64,000 nucleotides of DNA from NCBI RefSeq assembly GCF_001194135.2, contig NC_068982.1, forward strand, positions 36,133,167 through 36,197,166, written 5' to 3'. Below the pieces are notes generated by a model, which saw only the letters and a program-made list of their open reading frames with translations, was not told where the DNA came from and searched no databases. A program made the position numbers and the translations under genes. This document shows positions 50,133 through 61,700 of this stretch, piece after piece. Every line of letters begins with the position of its first letter. Positions within the stretch are counted from its first letter, which is position 1. The stretch is from Octopus bimaculoides. Lineage: Eukaryota.

Positions 50133-51427
50133 AAAACAAATAGAATCAAACTGTGCATTAAAATTTTCCAATTTTGTGAAATATTAATTAACCTTAAAGA
50201 ATTTGAGCTTGCTTTTAAAAATTTTATTCAAAGAAAAACTGCATATCTGGTTTTAAAATTTAATTTCAATACCCTTTTGTTGTTGCATAAAGATAAAAAA
50301 ACGTTTATCAAATAAATAAATGCAAAATTAATCTAAACTCTACTGTAAAATCTTTAAAACATTTGGCAAAAGCTTCTTTTTTTTTTGCTGAATATCTGGA
50401 ATAATCAGTGTTATGTCAGGTGTGAACCGTTTAATTAAGCTAAAATATATGTTACTGAATTCCATTTCAGTTGTGAAATCAGAATACAGAAAGAGCTAAT
50501 TTAAATTAATTAAATACATATTTGGTTAAAAAGCCAGTTAAAATCAAAAATACAGAAATTCATAGAATTTAGTGATGGATTAAAATATTATCACACAATA
50601 TTTGAAAAGAGCTATTGTATTGGACCACAAAGAAAAATAAAAAAAAGGTTACAGCAAGCAATGTTAGATGGAATGCAAAGAAGGTGAGATTTAGCATAGC
50701 TTGATTTTACTGTGTTAAACATTTCAGAGAAAGAAAATGAGGAACAAAAAACAAAACTGCATTCAAAAATAAAGGAATGCTCCACTGCTAAGAGTAAAAC
50801 TAAACAGCGAAGTTTTTAAAATATTTTCCAGAAATATTTTCATAGAAATAAAATTTAATTTCTAAACTGGATCAGATGAACATATAGTATTGCTTCTTCT
50901 TTTACTTACAAAATAGTAACAAAGATTTATATTTATTTTACTTTCAATATTTTCTAATCTAAACAAGCTATTTTTATGGTGGTAGCTTTCTGGTCATTGA
51001 TGCTAGCATTTTTATCTTTAGATGTGATATTATTTATTGATAAGAATAAAACAAATTAGAAACTAAGTACATATTAAAATTTTTAAGATATTCAACACGT
51101 AGAAGGAAGATTAAAAGCAGGACAGAAAGAAGTGCTGATTCTAAAGTTGGATTTTCTTTGCTACTATAAGCTATTCAAATTTTCTGCTTTTTTTTTTCAG
51201 ACAAAAATACTCCATAAAAACATTGCTTTATAAAGTATTTCATATTAAATGAAAAAAAAAAAAAAAAGTCCCCTCTTCTGTGTAAAAAAACCCCAAAAAA
51301 CCCCCAAAAGAAACAACAAATAATTTAATGAAAATTGTGTCATACATTTAACCTTTCAAATTTTGTGCTGAAAAATTGCTCTCGAATTTCTATCACTGAA
51401 TCTTCTTTCGAGTGTATGTGTGTGTGT

Positions 51428-51925
51428 NNNNNNNNNNNNNNNNNNNNNNNNNNNNNNNNNNNNNNNNNNNNNNNNNNNNNNNNNNNNNNNNNNNNNNNNN
51501 NNNNNNNNNNNNNNNNNNNNNNNNNNNNNNNNNNNNNNNNNNNNNNNNNNNNNNNNNNNNNNNNNNNNNNNNNNNNNNNNNNNNNNNNNNNNNNNNNNNN
51601 NNNNNNNNNNNNNNNNNNNNNNNNNNNNNNNNNNNNNNNNNNNNNNNNNNNNNNNNNNNNNNNNNNNNNNNNNNNNNNNNNNNNNNNNNNNNNNNNNNNN
51701 NNNNNNNNNNNNNNNNNNNNNNNNNNNNNNNNNNNNNNNNNNNNNNNNNNNNNNNNNNNNNNNNNNNNNNNNNNNNNNNNNNNNNNNNNNNNNNNNNNNN
51801 NNNNNNNNNNNNNNNNNNNNNNNNNNNNNNNNNNNNNNNNNNNNNNNNNNNNNNNNNNNNNNNNNNNNNNNNNNNNNNNNNNNNNNNNNNNNNNNNNNNN
51901 NNNNNNNNNNNNNNNNNNNNNNNNN
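51428..51925. other. Assembly gap (N)
   Basis: 498 N between (GT)n and (TA)n. Confidence 0.99.
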
Positions 51926-51958
<33 letters not shown>

Positions 51959-51966
51959 TACATGGA

Positions 51967-52845
51967 TACACAGTCTGATCAATAAGTATCTGAACTGTTG
52001 CCATAGTAATGAAGCTAAAGCATGCAAAGTGAAGCTGCTTGGTATAGATTGACCTTGAACTCTGCTCTGCATGTGCACTAAGTTTTAATGTTCTAGCTCA
52101 CTTCCGCTGTTTACAGCATTGCTTGGAAGGAAGGTGTGTAGCATGTGATCATTGCATTGATTATGACAGAGAAAGTTGAGCAAAGAATCTGCATTAAATT
52201 TTGCCAAAAGCTTGGTGATACCTGCTCAGAGGTCTACACAAAGTTTTCAAAAAGTTTTCATTGTTCTCGACACTATCAAGGAGATCTTGTGCAACTGAAG
52301 TGAGAGTGTCTTTTTGGTCAGCTGAAAGCAGTTTTGGCACAAACTTGGCAGACATGCATCTCATACCCAAATTTGCAGTGATAATGGACTGAACTGAACT
52401 GTAACAGATCTGCACATCTTCTGACAACTCACAGATAATGATTTGACAATTTTCCCTCACAGTTGCACACACATCTGCGATATTCTCAATATTTTGCAAT
52501 TTTCTCAGTTCTGCTGAGATAATATCAACATTTTTTCAGCCATCTTGGAAACATCTGAACCACTTGTACACTTGTGTGCAGCTCATACACTTTCTGCAAC
52601 TTTGCATAGGCCTTTGAACGGGTATCGGCATGATAACTTTTTCTGTCATGGTCAATGCAACAATCACACACTACACACCTTCCTTCCAAGCACTGCTGTA
52701 AACAGTGGAAATGAGCAAGAACGTTGAAACTTAGTGTGCATGCACAGTATAGATCAAGGTCAATCTTTGCCAAGCGGTTTCACCCTGCATGCTTTAGCTT
52801 CGTTACTATGGCAACAATCTGGATACTTATTGATCAGACCTCATA
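51967..52845. mobile_element. mariner-derived element made of two inverted 5' ends
   Basis: Arms of about 211 bp (51967-52177 and 52635-52845), each TA-TIR-5'UTR-MTEKV; the minus strand carries transposase ..ANLGMRCMSAKFVPKLLSADQK..FLKT. Confidence 0.85.
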
Positions 52846-52856
52846 TAATTATATAT

Positions 52857-53054
52857 NNNNNNNNNNNNNNNNNNNNNNNNNNNNNNNNNNNNNNNNNNNN
52901 NNNNNNNNNNNNNNNNNNNNNNNNNNNNNNNNNNNNNNNNNNNNNNNNNNNNNNNNNNNNNNNNNNNNNNNNNNNNNNNNNNNNNNNNNNNNNNNNNNNN
53001 NNNNNNNNNNNNNNNNNNNNNNNNNNNNNNNNNNNNNNNNNNNNNNNNNNNNNN
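52857..53054. other. Assembly gap (N) within a (TA)n tract
   Basis: 198 N. Confidence 0.99.
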
Positions 53055-53095
<41 letters not shown>

Positions 53096-53954
53096 TGTAT
53101 GTATGTATGTATGTATGTATGTAAGTATGTATGCATACATACATACATGTATCTGTATAGACAAACACACATGCTATACATTATGAATACATACACATAT
53201 AATGGGAGACTTTGTGTGAGACAGAAGGTATGGTGTGAAAAAAAAACAGTATATTAAGAAATGAGCAATCCTCACAAAATTAGGAATGCATGCAATACAT
53301 ATAACAATATTCAAGACACTGAAAAGGTAAAAAAAAAACACCCCATCAAAAATAACAACAGCTTCTTGCAATGTGTGGTAACATGATAACAATGAACAAA
53401 AAAAAAAAATTCTGCCATGCTTGTGTGGGTGACTCAATGAACATCAGTTAAAGAGAGATACCAAGAGATTAGTGGTAGTACAAAAAGCTACAGCGAGGAG
53501 TATGACTGAGCAGGAGCTCAAACCAAAAGATAATTTGTACTCAAGGAATTAAAACTTTAGGAAGGAAGTTCATGCACGTAGAAAAATATCTTAGAATAGG
53601 AAATGAAAAACAAAAATAGTTTTTTTGTTTCATTTTTTGTGATATAACTAACAAACACACCAAAAAAACTATAAACTTAAGACTAGATCTTATGAAGAGT
53701 CAGTACACTTCTTTTTAGGGATTTTACATTAACTGAAGATTTCTTTAAAGCCAAATTTAAATTCCCATCCTTTATTAGAAGAAAACCAGTTTCTTCCCAC
53801 TCACTCCATTTTTGCACAATACATAATGAATAATATAATTGAAGTTTCAATAGATTTTTTTTAATGTTTTATTTACTCCATGTACCAGTGTTCAACACAG
53901 AAGTATTGGAAGAAATAAGCACTCAAAAATAGTGATATATAAAATGGAAGGATT

Positions 53955-54016
53955 CATTATATATATATGTGTGTATATACATGTGCAAGTGTATGTATAA
54001 CATATATGCACACACA

Positions 54017-54070
<54 letters not shown>

Positions 54071-54215
54071 TACACTACACATATACAATATATACATGCA
54101 TATACAATATATATAAAAACCTATATATATGTATATATACATAAATGCAGGTATTTATATGTATGCATTTATATGTATATATGTATATATATATATACTC
54201 ACACACACACACAGA
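53955..54215. repeat. (TA)/(CA)/(TG) compound microsatellite field
   Basis: Seen directly. Confidence 0.9.
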
Positions 54216-55639
54216 GACAAAAAAGATTTTTTAATTCAAAATTATTAATCATACAATCCTTAGAAAATTATACATATAAAGTAACACAGGTTTTGTGTTA
54301 GTACTTTCCTTCTTTCCAGCTTTTCAAATACATGTAGTATGTGGATACTATGTATGTTTGAAAAACTGAATACAGAAGAAAGTTTTTCTGCGAACACTTT
54401 CATCATCAGGTCTCCATTAATGTGCTTTTTTAAAAAAAGATCTTATATAATTAATAATTTTTAATAAAAAAAAAAAATCATTTTTCAAATATTTTGACTG
54501 TATTAAGAAATTTTTCTAAAATTTTCAAATATATATACACACACAGGTGCATATATATTGTTTGGCTTGTAGTATAGTTCATCATTCTAATAATACTATA
54601 TAAAATTTTGGGTATAAATTTGTGGGGTAATGAGAAGGGATCTTTTCATCTTGGAAATATATCAGAAATTTTGTCATAAGAAAAACCTATGAAATATAAC
54701 TGGAAGTGAAGTTGAAATATTGGATGTGGGATAATTGGGGCTAGTAGATGAAGAAGAAATTGAAGAATATCATAAGGTGAAAGAGAACTGGAGAATAGGT
54801 GTATGAACCCCAATTAGTAGAGAAAAAAAAATTTATTAGAGGACAGTAAAGAGTACAGAAAACATAACGGAGAAATGAGAGAAAAACTAATACAAGAGGC
54901 AGAAGTGAGTAGGGAAACAATAAGACGACAAATGTTCAAGTGAGTGCTTGGGTGTGTAAATACTTTTTAATAGTTTATTACAGTAAATAATTTCATCTCT
55001 TTCATTGCCAGAAGTGGTAAATACAGACTTCTTTCTGCTGCTCACCAAATGCCCTGCTGAGGTGAGAAGAGAGTCAGCATTTAAGAGTTTAAAATAGATA
55101 GTTTTGTAACACCACATATAACTCAGCAGAAACAGTCAATAACTCATTTATCATAAAAAAGAATAGCAAAACAAAGCAAAACAACAACAAGCATGTTTCC
55201 CCCTTTTTTTTTAAAGCTTTTTCAGCTAAGTTTAGTATGGTTGCACACCACATGTCATAGCCATTCCAGAAGTAAAAACCTTCGATGCCATAACACTGAT
55301 AATAAAAATTCAGTTCAGTTAAAAAATAAGAAAAGTTTAAAAGAGCAAACTTCTCATATTGAAGGAATTCTAAAAAGATATCACAAAATAGCAGTCTGAG
55401 GTAATTAAAAAAAAATCAGAATTGGTACAAATGTCTATCATAGTGTAGAATTGTGAGAGAATGCGTTGAATTAAAACTGCCAAACTGACAAGGCAGCTGT
55501 AGGTTAAAATCTGCCGCTGGGAGTGGAGGAAAACTTAGGAAATTAGCCTTGACAAGGACATATTTGGCAGTAGTAGATGTGGAGAGAAAGTTTTCTTTTT
55601 TGGTGCCAGCAGCAATCATGGAACAGTGTAGTTTGAAAG

Positions 55640-55772
55640 TCAGAGATTTCCTAAAACAAAATCATGGATGACACGTGGTGCATTCTCATCAAAACCAGCA
55701 ATATCTAACATGCCATTATCAGATGGGTCAGCAAATCTTAATCTATTGGTGGATATAGCACAGTTAATATAC
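55640..55772 (-). CDS. RO60: Ro60-like terminal coding exon
   Basis: atttcag|G TAT..CTC TGA; YINCAISTNRLRFADPSDNGMLDIAGFDENAPRVIHDFVLGNL*. Confidence 0.92.
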
Positions 55773-58700
55773 CTGAAATAATAAAATATTGAAGTAAATC
55801 AAACTGACAACAGTATTAATGTTTATAAATAAATATACAATATTCATGTGTATTGAAAACAATTGTTTGTAAAATAAATGTAAAATAAGGTATGTATAAA
55901 TGTTACATCTGTTATTAATAAGTCTATTACTATTACTAATATTTTCAGTATTCATTCATATAAATATGAATAAATGACCATCTTCACACACACACTAAAA
56001 AAATTGTAAAAGAAAACATGACTTTCTTTGTGATTTGACTGGAATTTCTTTCTTTCGAAAGAAAATGCCATCAAGTTACATGTGGCTATTTTGACAAACT
56101 ATACAACAGAATTATCACTCTCCTTTTGGTCAACAATAATCAGCATTGTCACCCATAAGATTTTAATATTTTCAGGGAATTTGAGGCTTCTTGGATTCTA
56201 GTTGAAACCTTCTCAAGGTTCAATTAGGTTTTCATGTTCTCTTTTCCTTCTGATTGTTGGGAGTAACAAAATAAATACCAAACATTTATGGAGATGAATT
56301 TTGTAAAGCTATGATGGCTGTGAAAGTTATTCAGCCCTAAAGTCTACAAAAACAGATTAACATGAAGAAACATTTACAATAGGCCCCATGATCTGTAGCT
56401 TCTAAAATAACTTATAAATGGTAGTAAAACATGGAATGTAAATCAGAAGAAATGGAGAGGAATGATCCCTTGGCTGTTCAATGTGTGGCAAGCTGAACAC
56501 TGGAAATGTAACTTTTCCCTTCACTCATGCTGTTACTGTCATAGAGGAAGGCACGAGGGCCATACACTCTCATTTACTCTTTCTTCTAAAAATACACAAC
56601 CTTGTGTCTATGTAATAAATCTTAGGAGAATATATCTCTCCAGCACAAAAGGTAATATGCCTTTGCATAATTAATATCATGACTATTGGAATTTAGTCAA
56701 GACATAAAAAGTACAAAGCAAGTTATGTACTAAAAATACATGGTGATAATTTTAAGTCACTTTTATATTTTTGTATTTAAGGAAGTAAAAATCACTTTGA
56801 AGTTCATATCTGGGTGGGGCAACTAAATATATATTTTATATAAAATTATAGTAGCACTGCTAAAATAATCTGAATCTACCAAAGTTAAATATTATTAAGA
56901 TTAATGGTTAATTTGGACTGTAACCTTAAAATTACTTTGTTACTATTTAGCTTTGTTTCTTCAATTACTAGTTGACCCAAAAATATTATAAGAGACCTAA
57001 CAATTGACCTGTACAACAGAATTACCACTATCTTTATTGTCATCAATATTCAATATTGTCCCAACCAGAATTTTGATATTTTCAGAGAATCAGGGGCTTA
57101 TCAGTTTCTAGTTTAAGTTTTGCTCTTTTACTAAAGAGAAGGTATTTAGTGTGTAATTTAAAGCAAAGAAACAGTTTGACAAGAATGATTAATTTGTCAA
57201 AAATGTGTCAAATTTATACATGAATGGCTAAATTTATTCTCTCAGTTCAAATTACTGTTGTTCTGGCTATGTTGGAGCACTGCCAGAAAACAGTTCAAAC
57301 TATATTTAGAGGTGTAGCTATTACTCTCGCTTTAAATAACTAGATAACTTACTCAAAGTCATACAGCATCAAACTTTAAACACTTTTTGTTGTCATTTAT
57401 TCAAAACTCCAGATATGAAGAATTGTCTAACTCATTCTAACATGGAGACTTGAAAATGTTATAGGAATCATCATCATCATCATCGTTTAACGTCCGCTTT
57501 CCATGCTAGCATGGGTTAGATGATTTGACTGAGGACTGGTAAACCAGATGGCTACACCAGGCTCTAATCTGATTTGGCAGAGTTTCTACAGCTAGATGCC
57601 CTTCCTAATGCCAACCACTCCGAGAATGTAGTGGATGCTTTTACGTGCCACCGGCACGAAGGCCAGTCAGGCGGTACTAGCAACGGCCACGCTCAAAATG
57701 GTGTATTTTATGTGCCACCTACACAAGAGCCAGTCCAGCGGCACTGGCAACGATCTCGCTCGAATGTCTTTTCACGTGCCAGGAAGGCGACGCTGGTAAC
57801 AATCACGCTCAAATGGTGCTATACATACATATATATATATATATATCTTATCTATAAAAGGCAGATTTTCTGTGTGTGTGTGTGTGTGTTTAAAATTCAT
57901 ACATTTACACAATTCCAAATTTCTTGAATTAAAGAATCGGAATTAATATTCTAAATACAAACAATGATGGTTTTTTTTTTTTGAAGAATAACATTTGTGT
58001 TTTCTTGTTATTGAAAACAAGATTGACATATCTCCATTGGGAGATGCTTTCAAAGACATTGTACATGGAATCAGTGTAGGTTTGGTGTGAGGTGTATAGG
58101 CTGCAAGTGGATGAAGCATGGTTGGGGGATGTCAGGAAGGAATGAATAGCAGCTGTGTAAGAAGTATTGTTTGGATGTGACAGCAAGTTAGTTATTGATT
58201 TACAGAAAGAAGAGACTGAGGCACAAAATCAAACTTTGGATTTACTGGAGTAAATAGAATGAGGGACAGCAAGAGCTGTTAACACATGCTTACATTCTGT
58301 TATATATTTCATTGATAAATTTCAATAAACACATATATACAAGAATATGCACTAATTAAAGATCAAATACAAATAACTCCAATGTCAATACTAAATACAC
58401 TGTCTTTAAAATAGCGTGTTATCACTGAGGTACCACCTGGACACTGAATCACTTCTCACTTCGTACCTTGAAGTGGCACTTGGGCACCTCATCACAACTA
58501 TTTATCTCCTTGCAATTACTACTGGTCTATTCTTACCTTTTCCCCCGAATGTGAGTAGCTATATAGCTCCTCTACAACAAGCTGCTCTACTTCAACCTCT
58601 TCTCTCATACTTTAATCTCATCTAGCATAAGGACCCCCCACCATCACTCTCCTTGAGTTTTGTACACTTGTGAGCTGGATGGCAACCTCAATAGTGCCAG

Positions 58701-61700
58701 TAACAGGGGAAAAAAGCACTCAGTACACACTGTAGAGTAGTTGGAAAAAAACCATATCAAAGTAGATAGTGGAGCATGAATGCAGTCCTAGGACTCATCA
58801 GATCCTGTCAAACCATCCAACCATGGAGGTACTTGGCTTAGTAGTTTGGGGGTTGGACTCATGATCCTAAGATTGTGGTTTCGATTCCTGGACCGGATAA
58901 CATCTTGTGTCCTTGAGCAAAACATTTTATATCATGTTGCCTCAGACCAGTCAGCTAGCAAAAATGAGTAATCCTGCAATGGACTGGCATCCCATCCTGG
59001 GAAAATATATGCACCACAGAAACCGGGAAACTGGCCCCATGAGTCTATATAACCCGGGAAGGAGCCTTATCTAAACCATTTGATCCATGCCAGCATGGAA
59101 CATGGAGATTAAATGATGGTGATGATAATAATGATGATGATGATGATGACTATGACAATGATGATATACAACATAATATACAGAGAAAATATATTACTTT
59201 GCATTAGGCATGTCCATTTTTGTTCTGTACAGTTTCATAGCTTCTCCTGGAGAAATATCACTGATGCATTCTCTACAATCAGTAATCACAAGAAATACAT
59301 CAATAAGGGATTTTTTAGCAATGGCCCACTTGACAGGCAAAGACAGATCTCTAGCATTTTGCAGCAACTATAAATAGAGAGAAACAACATTAAATACAGT
59401 GACCATGCTAGAAACTTATTTAATATAAACAGAAGGTAACTATGAATGAGTTCAGAATAACAAATTTGAGGCACTCACTGGGAAACTGCAAATTAGATCA
59501 CAAATTTCTGAGAGCTGCATATTTGGTGTAATTTTTAAATTAAGTGCGACCGCTGGCAATAACAATAGTAGTTGAAAGTCATCTTCTTTGTGTGCAATAA
59601 TCATTGACATTAAGGCAGCAGCCAGTTTTGTAGAGATGACTGGTGCTCCTCGGACTGCATTGCGGAATACATTGTCGTCTGCCTTTACAGCAACAAGAAA
59701 GCGTTTACCGGTGCTTGGCACATTCTATTAAGAAAAGATTTGAACAAAAATTTAATTCATTATCAAGTATTTAGGTTAAATGAATTTAATTAAAATGAAA
59801 AATAGAAAATGGAGTTTGAATGCAGTAATATTAAATCAGTTGTGAAGTTGAAGACATCAATTACAAGAGAGAGAAAATAAAGAATGTGTCTATGTGTGTC
59901 AGAGTCTACAAATATACACTGAAAAGGAATTATTGGCTATCAGAAGATATAGATATTTATCAGGCAAGCTATTTTTCTAAGTAATCTTTATAGAACCTTT
60001 TCATGTGGATGAGGACAATTGTTTCAAAGAAACATTCAAGAGTTATCCTTCTTTACATCAGTCCAATGGTGAAGGTTGATGGAATTCAATTTCATTAACC
60101 ATCTTTCTATGATGAGAAAAGGAAAAATGTCACAATATTGGTTATATTGTGGGATGGTGTAGGACTCAACTGTGGTTATCATTGTTTAGATAAATACAGT
60201 GATCAATATTCAGAGAATTTAATTTCTTTAATTATCTTCCATTGATGAAGAAATTAAATGCCACAATATTGGTTAAATGTAGAAACATTGGAAGGACTCA
60301 ACTGTATTAATTCAAATTGGAGTGAATAAATAATTAGTGAATTAAATTGAAATGAAAAATTAATGTGTGGGTAACTTAAGCTAGGTAATATTTGGAATGA
60401 ATTAAATTTTTATTTTCCAGCAAACAAATCAAACTTTTTATACCATAAATTTACAACCATATTGTTGGCTTATACACCAAAATGACTTTGGAGGACCAGA
60501 TGTTTCATATGAAATATAGCAAAATTTGGAAAAATAGTGACAATGTTTGTATGTTTACACTATGTACTACGGTTACTTATATACTAGAAGATACAGCATT
60601 GATTTGCTTTTAACTATTCGATCAGCATCCTGTATCAGAAAACCATTTTTGCAGAAGTGTTTTCTGACAAGAGGAATGCAATCTTTTATGATGCAACCCC
60701 CTACCCACCATACTATATGGTTATGAGATGGGACTGGAAGTCCAGTAATGAAACCAACTGTGGGATTGGTGTACAATCACACAATAGGTGGTGTCGAAGA
60801 TTCTGATCAACTGGCATCAACACAAATCAGTGCACAAATTTGTGAAATAGTATAAGAAACTTTTCTTATATGTGGCGGATATGACATTAGTAAATTCGTT
60901 TTTGATATGGCATATGCTTAGTGGTGTGGGAGATGGACTAACATTTTCTGAGTTGCTTGTGTAAGAAATAATAGAAGTTTTGAATTTTCAACCATACTGT
61001 TCACATGCTTTATGGAATTTTAGTGAGTGGTTAGCAAAAATTACTAAGATGGGAGAGTTTTGTGTTTAGTTAGGTTTAATAAAGAAACAATCTTCTGTTA
61101 ATATGCACAATACAATTTCTTTATTTAAATTCATCCACCAAATGAAGAACTATAAAGTATATTCCAGATGTCATTAACCCCATGACATCAGTTGATGTAA
61201 ATTTATGCATGCTGTGTACTTGCTTTAAATCTGATAGTGTAAATATAAATGGCTTTATCTACCCTGGTTTTTGTCCTGGTTGGTGTAAATATCCACTATC
61301 ATTCACAGTGTTGGTATAGAGGCCATTTTGCAAATTTGATAGGCTTGTTAGATTTCTTATGTAAATATTTTCAACTTAGTGTGAGGCTTCATCAACATAA
61401 TAATTTTAAAATTGTGGTATTGGTGTACAATCACACAATAAATGGTATCGATAATTATGATCAACTGGTGTCAACACACAAATCAGTGTACAAATTTGTG
61501 AAATGGTATAAGAAGCTTTTTTTATACATGGTAGACATGACATTGGAAAATTCATTTTTGATATGGCAAGTGCTTGGTGGTGTGTAGATGGACTAACATT
61601 TTGTGAGTTGCTTGTGAAAGAAATAATAAAAGTTTTAGATTTTCAACCATACTGTTCATGGGGGCATTCACATGCCGGTCCTTCCCTGTGCCTAATCGTC

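Noticed and set aside
51335-53257. Long ORFs of 110-240 aa in the ORF track
   Set aside because: They are artefacts of N runs and TA/CA microsatellites; only 52194-52499 reflects real (mariner) coding relic.
55012-55061. Plus-strand 50-nt pseudo-exon (ttcattgccag|...GAG|gtgaga)
   Set aside because: The splice-like ends are good, but there are no partner exons or homology, and such matches are expected by chance in 64 kb.
55416-55619. 67-aa ORF or stop-codon readthrough after the Ro60-like stop
   Set aside because: It is in a different frame from the CDS. In-frame readthrough of TGA-CTT meets another TGA after 7 codons, and I recognised no SECIS-like element.
58835-58895. tRNA gene (A and B boxes present)
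   Set aside because: It does not fold into a full cloverleaf and continues into a SINE core. The same applies to the heads at 8790 and 42737.
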